A stretch of 64,000 nt of DNA, taken from positions 51,770,001 through 51,834,000 of the forward strand of contig OZ286477.1 of assembly GCA_965644265.1 (NCBI GenBank), written 5' to 3'. Both the position numbers and the translations under genes were made by a program. Source of the DNA: Glycera tridactyla (taxonomy: Eukaryota). A model generated the notes under the pieces. It did no database searches. It had not been told where the DNA came from and saw only the letters and a program-made list of their open reading frames with translations. Of this stretch, positions 52,221-64,000 are shown piece by piece (the first letter of the stretch is position 1; every line of letters starts with the position of its first letter).

Positions 52221-55200
52221 ATGAGTGATAAAATCAAGTGCAAGGTTTGCCGCAGCTATGTTAATAATTTAAAAATCCACATGCAAATCCACACAGGTGA
52301 GAAACCATACACCTGTCATATATGTAATAAGGCCTTCAATCAGACATCAAATTTAAATACACATCTGAGGTCGCATTCAACTGATAGGCCATATAAATGT
52401 GATCAATGTGGTAAACTGTTCAAATCACAAGGGGTTTTGAAATCTCATGAGCGAGTGCATCCAGATGAGAAACCATATGCTTGCCGCTATTGTACTCGAT
52501 GTTTCAAAGATGCCGGTGATAGAGGTAAACATGAGAAAACCCATACAGGTGTCAAGCCATTCCAGTGTACAACTTGCTCAACATGTTTTGCTAATTCTGG
52601 CACCTTGAAACTGCACATCAGGACGCACACAGGAGAGAAACCATATAAATGTAAATATTGTGAAAAATCGTTCTCATCGGGATCCTACCTAACGATCCAT
52701 CATCGTCTTCACACAGGAGAGAAGCCCTATCAGTGCTCTTTCTGTTTCAAAACCTTCCGTCAGCCATCAAACCTACTTAGGCATACTCTGACACACACTG
52801 GAGAGAGAAATTTCAAATGTGGTGAGTGTGAGAAATGTTTCCCATCCCTTGCTGGCCTCAAAATTCACATCGAATCACATTCATTGGAGCGAAAGTTGTA
52901 CCCATGTGATCAGTGCAGTCACCAAGCAACCCGTTTAGACTGTCTAGAAGACCACAAACAGAGAAAGCATGGGAAGCCTCATATATGTAACCATTGCAAT
53001 GTCACTTTCAGGCATAAGGTCATGCACACAAAACATATGATTCTTCATAGAAGTCAGAATGAAATCAGATGTCATGCATGTGGCAAGAAGTTTAATTATG
53101 TCACAGATTTTCAAACTCATCTTTCTGTTCATGTCAAGTGTAAGATATGTGGCTTGGCTTGTACTAATAGTGAATCTTTGAAGAATCACTTGCAAGGGCA
53201 TGATACTAAGAAATCAGTATCATGTAAAGTATGCAACAAAATGTTTCGAAAGAAAGGATCTCTCAACATTCATATGTTCAAGCACACCAACGAAAGACCA
53301 TATCATTGTGAATTTTGCAATGCAACATTCAAGTCTTTTGGAGAACTGGCTAAGCATCACAAAAAAGTACACAGTTCTGAACCACCACCTGTCAACAATA
53401 TCAAGTTTCCTTGTGATGAGTGTGATCGTATATTCAAAACGGAATATGTTTTGAAAACGCACAAACAAAAATTACATCTAAAAAATGGTAAAACAGGGAA
53501 TGAGAGACCACATCAGTGTAACTTCTGCCATGCAACATACAAATCATTCCCAGAACTGGTTAAGCATCGCACAAAAAAACACAGTTCAGAACCACCACCT
53601 ATCAACGATATCAGCTTCCCCTGTAATAGGTGTGATTGTATATTCAAAAGGGAATATATGTTGAAAATGCACAAACAAAAAATACATCTAAAAAATGGGG
53701 AAAAGAGAAATGTCTCAGTACAAAAAATGAAAAATGGATCTATCCTGTCTGAACCAACCTCATCGATTACAAAATGCTCAGATCTGAAGTACAAATGCAC
53801 AATATGCAATCATAATCTCCAATCAGAGACCTGTTATCAAGTACACATGACATCTGAGCATGGCCTTGGCAACTCCACAGTAAAAATCGTATCTGATACA
53901 TCAATTCAAAAGGCCAGTACAAGTATTGACTCCAGATCATCTGACACTGTGCAAGAAAATGCAGATCTTGCGAATCAAGATCATAGTATGGAAGTGGCTG
54001 ATCCATCGACTAAGTCTACAGAAGACCCTCTACAGAACTTGATCTTACCTCCTGGAACAGCTGAGCTCTTGAAAGAACTGACAGTGTCACTCGTGAGAAT
54101 ATCAAATGAGGTTCACCATCATACAGTATCAGACCAGATTAGTTGTGAGGCAATGCAAGGGTCAGATGATGTCATGGATGACCAGTCATCGATAGATGCT
54201 TCTTCCTGTATTCAAGCCATGTCAGCCAGTGGTGATGCCGAGCTGCATGAGCATTGGGCACCCATCATATGGTCATATCATGCTGCTTGTCAAGATATCA
54301 GAGATGTTACTACACATAACCCAGATGTTATATGTACACCCAATAGTATTGAATGTCCAACAAGAGCTGCATATTCTTCATCGACTCGAAATGCATCTGA
54401 ATCTGATACTGATCTTACAGAAGGTGCAGAGTGCTACACAAATGATAAAATGCAAATGACTGACCAACCAAGAGTTGCTTTGTCAAATGGATCAATCAAT
54501 ACCAGACGCATACAGTTATGTGAGCAGTCCAAGGGGGGCAACAAAAAGGGATACCTGACTTTGCAGAGAGGTCCTGATTCCAGCAAACCATTTCAGTGTG
54601 GACTATGCCGTAAGAACTATAGTTCGAAACGTGGTCTGAAGAGGCATCACAGAAAGAAACATTCAGAAGAAACATTTGAATATGAACATATTGAAATGAT
54701 GCATACACAAATATCTACAATTCCTAGCAATGTGCATCCTGCTGTCTGGCCTTCGACATCGACAGGAAAGCCTTCTGTGCAAAGCAAGGGTACATTCACT
54801 TGGGGAGGGGATACCGTAAGATATCTTTTGAGCTCCCAGGTCAGAGGTACTGCGGTATCTACCAGAGGCAGTCTTGTTGAATGTAATACCAAGTGTATTT
54901 TGGGCAGTCTGACCAAAACTAATACAGGATATCTTTCAGTCGATGGGATTGCAGACAATACAAATCATGCTTCAGACTATCCTGCTGAGGGTATGACAGA
55001 ACACCCCTCGGATGGTCTGGCCAAAGATGAAGCAGCATATTCTCCAAGCAATGAAACTGAGGGTTGTATGAAAGATCCTTCAAGCAATGTGTTGGATGAT
55101 TGTTCAAAACTCCTTTCAGGCAAGCAGGCCAAGGGTTGTACAAAGCATCCCCTTAGTAGTAAATATGATGCAGATAGATATACTGAGGCAAATGGTATCA

Positions 55201-56081
55201 CACAACAATGTTCAACTAGTCATATCAAAGGGTGCAAAGAAGATCCTGGAGACACAGATGCTGAGGGTGATATGAAATATTTTCAAGTTGATATGGAGCA
55301 TCCTCTTGTCTGTCAGGCGGATATAACCACAGGAGACCTTTCAGGTAGTCATCCCAAAGACATTGACACTTTGAATAGTGATACAGAACAGCCCTCACGA
55401 GGTGCGACAAAAGATGACACAAAACATCCTGAAGGCTATCAGGCTCAGGATATTGCAGAACAACTTTCAGGGAGTCAGACTGAGGGTCACTCAGGACATC
55501 CTGCAGCCTTCAAAGCTGGGTGTGATATGCAAGCTGCAGACATTCATGCTGAGGGTACTGGCAGACATTCAAATAGCCTTACTGCCAATGACTCTGATAC
55601 CAATTCCCAGAAACCTACTTGCCGACAATGTGGTAAACAATTCAAATTCCTCAAAGGTTTAGACTGGCATATGGTGAACAAGCATGGGCAAAACATCACC
55701 AACGAAACTAAGCTGATTGTATCATTGGTGAAGACTGAAGTACGGCTGGAATGTACTGATGAAAATGGTCAGAGGAATCAGAAATATTGTGTTTCAGGTC
55801 TTGCATCACAATCAACCCAGAAAAGTGCACTCCAAAAACCAAAAACGGGTAATGAGGAGAGATGCAGGGATGATGGATATCCCATGTCAGAGGCTGCAGT
55901 TGTTCAGCATCGAGACCCAAGGAAACAGAAGACAGAGGAGAATCAAATTGAAGATAGCCTCTTGAAACAAACTCACTCAGGACTGAAATTATCATGCTAC
56001 TGTGATCAAGTTTTCACTGATATGTCTGCATTTGCCAGCCACTTAGAGGAACATGCACTGAACATGAAGCCCCCAGTGTAA
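52221..56081 (+). CDS. C2H2 zinc-finger protein, copy D (1286 aa, ~21 fingers)
   Basis: Uninterrupted ORF paralogous to copy B. Confidence 0.92.
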   Translation: MSDKIKCKVCRSYVNNLKIHMQIHTGEKPYTCHICNKAFNQTSNLNTHLRSHSTDRPYKCDQCGKLFKSQGVLKSHERVHPDEKPYACRYCTRCFKDAGDRGKHEKTHTGVKPFQCTTCSTCFANSGTLKLHIRTHTGEKPYKCKYCEKSFSSGSYLTIHHRLHTGEKPYQCSFCFKTFRQPSNLLRHTLTHTGERNFKCGECEKCFPSLAGLKIHIESHSLERKLYPCDQCSHQATRLDCLEDHKQRKHGKPHICNHCNVTFRHKVMHTKHMILHRSQNEIRCHACGKKFNYVTDFQTHLSVHVKCKICGLACTNSESLKNHLQGHDTKKSVSCKVCNKMFRKKGSLNIHMFKHTNERPYHCEFCNATFKSFGELAKHHKKVHSSEPPPVNNIKFPCDECDRIFKTEYVLKTHKQKLHLKNGKTGNERPHQCNFCHATYKSFPELVKHRTKKHSSEPPPINDISFPCNRCDCIFKREYMLKMHKQKIHLKNGEKRNVSVQKMKNGSILSEPTSSITKCSDLKYKCTICNHNLQSETCYQVHMTSEHGLGNSTVKIVSDTSIQKASTSIDSRSSDTVQENADLANQDHSMEVADPSTKSTEDPLQNLILPPGTAELLKELTVSLVRISNEVHHHTVSDQISCEAMQGSDDVMDDQSSIDASSCIQAMSASGDAELHEHWAPIIWSYHAACQDIRDVTTHNPDVICTPNSIECPTRAAYSSSTRNASESDTDLTEGAECYTNDKMQMTDQPRVALSNGSINTRRIQLCEQSKGGNKKGYLTLQRGPDSSKPFQCGLCRKNYSSKRGLKRHHRKKHSEETFEYEHIEMMHTQISTIPSNVHPAVWPSTSTGKPSVQSKGTFTWGGDTVRYLLSSQVRGTAVSTRGSLVECNTKCILGSLTKTNTGYLSVDGIADNTNHASDYPAEGMTEHPSDGLAKDEAAYSPSNETEGCMKDPSSNVLDDCSKLLSGKQAKGCTKHPLSSKYDADRYTEANGITQQCSTSHIKGCKEDPGDTDAEGDMKYFQVDMEHPLVCQADITTGDLSGSHPKDIDTLNSDTEQPSRGATKDDTKHPEGYQAQDIAEQLSGSQTEGHSGHPAAFKAGCDMQAADIHAEGTGRHSNSLTANDSDTNSQKPTCRQCGKQFKFLKGLDWHMVNKHGQNITNETKLIVSLVKTEVRLECTDENGQRNQKYCVSGLASQSTQKSALQKPKTGNEERCRDDGYPMSEAAVVQHRDPRKQKTEENQIEDSLLKQTHSGLKLSCYCDQVFTDMSAFASHLEEHALNMKPPV

Positions 56082-57493
56082 ATATGTATGTAGGGAATCT
56101 GGATTATCATGCAAACTCATTCGACTGCCAAATGTGTAAAAGAGCATGTCATTCAGAATCCTCACTGTCAAACTATATGGAAGGGCATAGGAGTCATGTA
56201 TCTCCTCAAACTCAGGCCTCACCTCACTTGAAGCGCCGAAGTCATTGTGATTCAGTTGAATCACGGGATTGCCTGCAAAGAACAGTTATTTCTACATCGT
56301 CATGCTGATGTGGCAAAAAATCCTTTTGCCTGAAGGAATCAGGCAGGTCTGCTGTAAAGTGAACATGTCATGTGTACCCAGTGCATGTAGAGCAGCCAAG
56401 CATTTGGTCAGTTGGGCATTAGACTTTCTTTGAATTGAAGAAAGCTAGTATGAATCGTGTAAATATCTTGAGATGTAGAAAGTGTGACAAGGCATTCACG
56501 GAGAGGAAAGCATTGACAGATCATATGAACTCACACTCAGTGAAAACTCAGCACATGTGCTTTTTTTGTAAGAAAATATTTCTGCAGTATTTCCCCTGTG
56601 AAGTTCGTCAAAAGAAACAGAATTCATGCAGAAAATGGAAATCAGCAAAGCAAAGCTTTTGTTGAATATGAATGTGCATATTGTGTTGAATCATTCACGA
56701 CTCATCATGCATTGTCAAATCATTTGCTGACACACTAGGCTGATGAGTATCACTGTAAGAGATGTAGCAAAGTGTTCCATGATTAGACGTCCTTAAAGAC
56801 CCACCAGCAAATGCATGAGACCTACAGTATGTGCGTTCACCCAAGATTCAATGCTGACATGATGGGAGTTGATATGCAATGCTCCCATTCTCTGAATGTT
56901 GTTGATAACGTCAAGATTAATGTACCCCCCAAAACCAACCAAACGGGAGAAACTGATGAATATATCCAGAATCAACAAGCCAACTCTAAAATGGTTGGTG
57001 GTTTGAAGTGTAAATAATGTGGAAGGAATTTCAAAAAGAAGTGTACCCTCTCAACCCATATGAAAGTTTATCTCAAGTGGTCTGTTGTGCAGAATCATTT
57101 GGTCCTGCCTGCAGGTCCTAATGAATTACAGGATGTGGTGATCCAACCTGACTTAAAAACATTTCTACTACATCTTGAGAGGCCATCATCTGTGAATTCT
57201 GCTTCAGATCATATAGTGATCAATCCAGAGCCAGAATTGAATTTGAACTATTGCAAACCCCATAGTATTGCAAAGCGTCTTGTTCTACACCGAAAATGCA
57301 ACTGCAGGGACCATCACTTGATAGAACAAGTGTGAGTCGCACTATATTGCACTTTGAAGGCGATTCTGTGACGAAATGTCCGCTACTACATTATTCACTA
57401 GCTAGTGACCATTCCAAAGCGAAGGCAAATGAAGATGTCATTCACATCACGGATGAATTGGAAGATGATGATTGCTATGTTATTGTTGAATAG
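56082..57493 (+). pseudogene. Decayed zinc-finger tail, copy D
   Basis: Paralog of 1311-2661. Confidence 0.65.
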
Positions 57494-58657
57494 CGGGGGT
57501 AGTAAATAGGTCGTCTCGTTCTGCATTTACATGGACATAAATTAATTTAGAATCAGCAGCCTAGACCAGACTGCCCTGTTTCCCTCATCGCTGGTACCTA
57601 CATCTCAGAACCCATCCCAGTGATATAGCATCTGGTGAAGAACCCGGAGTTTCGTCCTTGGGGAGGGCTTTAGGTAGCATAAGTTGTAGGGCATTTATAC
57701 GAATTAAATTAGTGCCATTGCCCTATTAGTACGCCCATCGTTGCCCCAGCAGATACCATCATCTTTGTCAATCAATTAATGTTTTCCATAGCTCAGGATG
57801 ACCCATTTTGGGCATTGCATTACAACCCCCCCCCCCCCCTGTATCTCACTGCCGATAAATCTACAGTCTGATATATTCAAAGAAGGTTGAAACAAATAAT
57901 ATACCAGTACAGCTCCAAGTGATCAGTGGTCCATCCCGGGTCCATCCCAGGTCAAAGACAGGATTCGAGTTTCCGTGCCCACTCAGATTGAACTAGAAAT
58001 GCACCCTGAATTTCCATCAATTTGCAAAATATTTCGCCTCTTTATGGGGCCAAAAATGTGGAATCTTGGAACGAATCAACCCATGCATTGGTCAGATCGA
58101 AACTAAAGCTGCAGATGAAACATCTATGAGAAAGAAAAAAAAAGAAAGAAAAAAAACAATTAAGAGTGCAATTTCAAGTAATACAGTTGTCCATCTAGAG
58201 TCTTTGGAGAAATCAAAACCAGATTCGAATCATCCAGAATCTCACTGTGCTGTAGTTACTTTTGTCTCAGAATCTACAGGAGTGATGCTCACTGGCAGAC
58301 TATTGTGAACATTCATGGTTGTCCATTCACCAATTCAGGGTGGTCTTGAGTGTGCATGTAGAAATCATCACCAGTAACATCACTATACGTGAAGAATGGT
58401 ACCCAACATGCAAGTACAGGGCCATTAGAGCTGCATTGAGGTCAGCCGGGAATAGTGATTGCATTTTACTGCAAGTGTAGGACATATGTTATTATGAAGC
58501 TGATCTGGAGTGGCGATTCATATCGTCACGCATTGGAAATTCCTGAACACAGTACATTCGTTTGTGTTATGCACATTGCATGGATTCAAAGCATTGCTTT
58601 CAATCATGAGTGTCATCCTTCAGTCACTCACATAGTTAGATATGTCATTTATAGGAA

Positions 58658-58676
58658 TATATATATATATATATAT
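58658..58676. repeat. (TA)n microsatellite, the empty site of the LTR insertion
   Basis: Flanks ...gtcatttataggaa and tgatatagctc... match the sequences either side of the element in copy A. Confidence 0.92.
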
Positions 58677-58805
58677 TTGATATAGCTCTTATAGATGTGT
58701 GATACATGACATACTTAGGCCCGTTGGTTGATGAATTCAATTCAACCCCAACTAACTAACCAACCAAACATTTTGTCCCCTGTTCCTTTTGCCCCTTATT
58801 TCTCT

Positions 58806-58806
<1 letters not shown>

Positions 58807-58852
<46 letters not shown>
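58807..58852. repeat. (CA)n microsatellite
   Basis: About 22 CA units; paralog of 20301-20384. Confidence 0.95.
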
Positions 58853-58854
<2 letters not shown>

Positions 58855-61800
58855 CAGGGGATTGTCAGACTTTACAGGCTTGCACCAGGGGGTATGATGA
58901 CCATTCACATTTTACCCATTGTGGGCTTCTCTCTGAGACAAGTAGAGGACATGCTGCCCCTGAATCGACTTGGGTTGAAGCACTTTCCCAAATCGAATTA
59001 ACCCATTTTCGAATATTCCGTGTGGAAATCTCAAACAGAAATAGTCCTGGTACAATATGAATGCAACCCTGCCTGTTTCAGAGGAACCTTACTGCACATT
59101 CCCAGATGACTATAACTCACTCGAATATTACAGAGTAACTTGCTAAATAGAAAAACAATTGAATGTCCCATTCTGCCTGGAATTCCTTTGGATAGCATGT
59201 TGGGATATTTGTATAATGGTGATCGGAGTGATATTCTCCACCAAACTGTACTTTATTATAGCCTGAATACGTAGACATGAATAGGGGTGCATTCTGAAAT
59301 GATAGGGGTATTCCACACATTTCATCAAGTGTCGGCTGCAATTTAAGGTATTTAGAAACAACAATGCTCCTACATAATCACATGGGCATCACAATATTGC
59401 ACATTTGGTGCTGATGTGGCATTAAACCAAAAGCAAGCATCCCCCAGAATCGTCAAAGAAATTGCAGTTTTATGTATTTAGTAACCCATTGGATAATGCC
59501 TCCTATCTCAATTTCGGACAGTGGGGTTACTCCAAACAGCATGATATTTATCCTTATCTTAGATAATTCTATTGTAATTATATGAACCTCAACTAGTTAG
59601 GACGAGTTTGTAACTTTTGTCTTCATACTGGCCCGCTCGAAGATAATAGTGTAAGATAATGTATCCTAGCAACTCATAAATGATTGTATTGTAAGGTAAT
59701 TAACCTTGACTAGTTAAGATGACTTCATAGTCCCATTTTCATGCTGACCTGCCTATAGATAATGATGTGAATAAATATGATCAATCAGTGAATTTCTTTT
59801 TGAATGGGGTAGGCCTGCTTAGTGGGTAGTGAATTGGTATCTTTGATCATTTAGCAATTTTTTCATGAAAACATTTCAGTTGTTGACTTACAATGTTTTT
59901 TCTGAATTTCATGTACAGTGAATCTGATTTCAGCAGAGTGCAAAAGCCTTATGGTGGGAGGATGTGAATTTGTCGGAAGAATGAAAAGCCTCGACAAAAG
60001 TTGGATTGGTGGGACTCAGTAGTAACTCACATCACTACACTGAGGAATTGGAATTTGTGTCTCAGTTATGCATTATTCACACAATCACAGCCATGAGCTA
60101 GCCTGGTTTCAGCCTGTTCACCTTTCTCTAACTTTGGCATATTTGGAGAGCCATTTTTTTTCCCTGCTCCTGAAAGGAGAGTGGCAGTGAAAGTTTTCTG
60201 TGGGGAATGTTCAACATGTATCGTTGACTGATAGTCACTCATGAACACAGTATAGATATTCTCGTATATTATGATATGATTAAACCAAAGATATATCTAA
60301 GAGGAAGAAAGATGAGTTTCACAGATCACCCCATCTTAAACCTCATTCACTTCATTTCCATGTCTCATCTTCACTGGCTCAAAGTTTCAAGGCACGTCAA
60401 TTAATCAGAGTGCCTTTCTGATACGAATAACTAAGGAAAGCCTTAATCCTAACAAGAGGAGAAACCTGTGGGAGTCATTGACCAGGGATACATGGCATAC
60501 ACAATAGTTTGGGTTGATACCAATCGGTAATCCTCAATCGAACAAAACCAAACCAACCCACCTGACTGAATGACATGTCATATAGAGAAAAAGGGACGTA
60601 ATGCGCACTTGAAGAATACTGGAATCAAAGAATTTGAGACTGTATCTGCCCCATCTTCCTATGCATTTGCCCTAATTTGTCAAATGCTATGATGTGCACA
60701 TGTTAGGACTGTCCTTTTTCTTAACGAATGTCCACCATGTAGGAAAATAGTAGCATTTTCACGTCTGCAGGAAAGGATGACACTCATGAAAGACATTCTT
60801 GATGAGTTTGAATGATTTATTTGATCTCTCCCATTGGTTTTATCTGGGTAGGTTCACATGCATATGAGATAAGATGTGTTATTTTGAGTCTTCACTTTCG
60901 AAATTCACACTCATGTATGTATGAATGTAGATAGATGGATGGATTGATTGATGAATATATGGATGAATGGATAGATACACACAGATAGACAGGTGGAGAG
61001 AAAGACCTAAAATGCTGAGAATGTTACTCCACCTGCAGTCAGTCACATAGATAGAAATGGCATTGGTAGGTTCATTCAGATTCACGTGAGGCGCATGAAT
61101 TGTATCTGAACTCGTGAAATATAGCTAGTGTGACACAAAATTTTGATCAGTCAATGAGCTCAATCAGTAACCTGGAGATTGCAGCATTTGGTACTACCTT
61201 ATTTTCTGCCTTCCGCCTGAACTGACATGATCCATACTCATGCTGGGATCCAATTTTTTTTTAATCTTTGAACATGAACCTTTGATTATTGACGCCCACT
61301 TGCTCATGACACTTGCCGATAGTCAAAATCCAAATAAATGACATAATTCTCTGCTTTTCCACCTAAAGTAGGAGAATTTTAGTCTTCCCTGAACTCCATT
61401 GTTGATAGTAGCAATTCATGCTCAATGTATATCATGGGTCAACCATTGTGCTAGCTTCAGTTTCTTCTATCAGCATATATTTACTCAGTTTTGTGTGTCT
61501 TGTTTTCTCTGGGAAAAGGTCATATTCATTTAGTTAAGTACCTCAGTTTGCCCACTTCTTATGTTTTGAAACAAATAAATCAATGTGTTCACAATTACGT
61601 AATGTTGTTCCTTTATGGATACAAGTGTCCCTTCATTCGAATAATCATGTGTGTAAGAGTGAGATCAAGAAAACTATTATTGCATAAGGTTAATGCAGAT
61701 GACATTAGACGTAAAGGGGGGGGGGGGGTAATATGACATGCTCATGCAAACATATACAAAACTTAGATATACCAAGGGAAATGAGTAATTGAACATTGTA

Positions 61801-62489
61801 GGTCACTGGAGACTCAGAATAAAATTGTATGACGTGGAGGCAAGCTCAACATAAATATGGGATGAATGATCTGACATATGAAGCGGCAGGCAAAGCCATG
61901 CTCTCGGGACTAACGTAGTATGTTCTGTGCGATGCTGAGCACAAATGCAATAATATGATAAAGTAGTTAACAAGCATTTACCGCTGATTCAGCCCAGGAT
62001 AATAATGGTAACTTTCAGAGACTCCGATTTTGTAGACTCAAATTGCAAGGAGTATTGAGATGTCTATTATGTGTTTGAACACATGGCTCTCATCCATGGT
62101 CTCTATCCCCAGGTCCTGGTGGAGATTTTGTGGTAGAATATTGCCTACTGATCTCATCAATGGTACAAAGGCATTTATTTTGGGCTACCTGCATCCATTT
62201 ATTTTGGGGCATCCATCATATATGTAGCCAGGATCAGATAACAAAGGATACATCATACTATGTTATATAAAGAGAGCCATCTTCCTGGTTATTGAAGGGT
62301 GAATTTAATATAGAACTCCCCTTTGAAAGTTCCCTTTACATATGATTTATTCAATGTGATCCTCAAAGGATACCTTGGGATCTAGTATAAAGTCGAGTGA
62401 TTTATATTTCACTACTAGAACGGGTTCATTGTTATTCATAATTTTCATGTATTGCCAGTCTCGAATTCACTGTGCTGTTCCAGATAGCA

Positions 62490-63090
62490 TCGAATTTGAC
62501 TTTAATATGTCAAGGTTAAGCTTTAACGAGGCAAACCATACAGAGACGTTGGACAATTGACTGTTCCATATAGACTAAATAAAGTCAATAGAATATGCTG
62601 TGAATAACAGGGCTGCATCATCCGCATAAGAATATGGATGACAGAAGTTAATTTGTTGACCGATTGCATTTAGGTGTATGAATAAAAGAAGAGGGACTAA
62701 AATGGAGCCCTGGGGCACATCATAATCCACCCGCAATGGATGGTAAACAGGGACCAATTTTAGCTGCCTGATGGGTATGAAGATAGCTAGTTGGTACTAG
62801 TTTGGTTGTATCCTAGCTCAGAAAATACATGTGTACATAATAGCTTTTCGCATTCCTTGTATCAAATGCCTCCTTCAAGTCCAAGAACAAGACGCCACTG
62901 AGCATCCTCTCGTAGGCTGACAGATAGCTATCATCTAGGTAGCCGGCCAGGCTAGTCCCAATGTAGTATCCGAATTCGGCCAAATTATGTCAGCAGTCTT
63001 CTGTTATTGCCTTGTGAATTTTATTGTAGACAGGCCTCTCAAGAAGCTTGCCCAAGACAGACAAGAGGGAAACAGCCTAAAATTGATGGT
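62490..63090 (-). pseudogene. LINE RT relic, spacer D
   Basis: VPQGSILVPLLLFIHLN...YADDAAL (ORF 62575-62757) and FLDLKEAF upstream. Confidence 0.78.
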
Positions 63091-64000
63091 TCATGACTTT
63101 GTTGTGTTTGCTAAAGCATATCTCGACAAGCTATCTTGACAAATGATCCCTCAACTGAATTGCCCCAACCTAGAGTATGGTGGACAATTATAAGTATCTA
63201 CTACAGATTCCTTCTGAACAAGAAAAACCTTTGTAAGATTGAACCCAGTTATTCGAAATGCCTTCGTAGTAGGATGACCATAATATGTTTATGACCTCTA
63301 TAGCCTTTGACCTTGCTGACTGTGTGCATGTATCTATAAGTCGTTTTGGGGCGATCTTTGTTCAATCAAACTATTGGAGGGACAATAATCATGGTATAAT
63401 CAGGAGAAAGGGTCCTGTCTTGGAACAAAGTGGTCCTATCTCGTAGATTTCAAAGGGAAAAAACTAAACTAGGTCCTTATCCATACCTCATGTGGATAGT
63501 TCGGGCCATCAACATACCCGGACACCCAATACCAGTGAGCGGTCTCTATGAAGTCCAGAACGAATTTCAAACGATACGTCTGGGTGTGGATGGTTGAATG
63601 ACAATATACCTTCAAAATTCTCTGACTTATATCGTCAGGCATTTTCCACCAAAATTACACTACCAACAGGTATCTCATTCTCCACCTCTTTTATTTCCCT
63701 CTAAGCCTTTCGTATTTCTTCAGTGAAATGGTATCAGGTGTAGGTAGCTGACGTTTTACCTGTAGAAAATATTGTCCCTGGGCAAAAAGCAGGTACTGGG
63801 CACACCAGTTCTGGATTATTATGGCTGCGACTAGGTTTACTAGGTTGTGTGATGGCATTGTACTGTAGGCATAGGGCACCCGTAGTTGTAAATCTTGTTC
63901 AAGGTTGACAGTTTGTAATTCAACAAATTGGTTGAGTATTCCCTGAACCTGATGCGTTTCCTTGTCTCAAGCGGTGCACATTGTTCAAAAAGTAAACATC

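Larger units (their letters stand above)
43332..56427 (+). repeat. Tandem segmental duplication, block 2 (~13.1 kb)
   Basis: Copy of 30373-43331, including the SINE, MITE end and LINE relic. Confidence 0.92.

Noticed and set aside
1-64000. CRISPR arrays or prokaryotic operons
   Set aside because: No regularly spaced short repeats with unique spacers; the content is animal-type throughout.

Overview
Eukaryotic (animal, probably invertebrate; species not determinable from sequence) DNA consisting of a head-to-tail array of ~13-14 kb units, each carrying a large single-ORF C2H2 zinc-finger gene on the + strand: copy A (3' part only), copy B 26197-30057 (intact, 1286 aa, ~21 fingers), copy C 39258-43094 (two nonsense codons and a 133-bp deletion) and copy D 52221-56081 (intact). 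Blocks 30373-43331 and 43332-56427 are a near-identical tandem duplication that makes copy C a D/B chimera. A young 14.7-kb Ty3/gypsy LTR element (5281-20027, - strand, LTRs differing at about 4 of ~920 sites by eye) has inserted into a (TA)n microsatellite downstream of copy A. It encodes Gag (two CCHC knuckles, a PPxY motif), protease, RT-RNaseH-integrase with a chromodomain-like C-terminus, and an F-type (errantivirus/baculovirus F-like) envelope, so it is an endogenous retrovirus-like element. It also carries two antisense ORFs with splice signals, termini that resemble its TA target, and in-frame stops at gag, gag/pro and env. The spacers hold a CACTA-type non-autonomous transposon, a tRNA-derived SINE, LINE RT relics, microsatellites and decayed zinc-finger coding remnants. 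Family assignments rest on motif recognition by eye; no database search was run.
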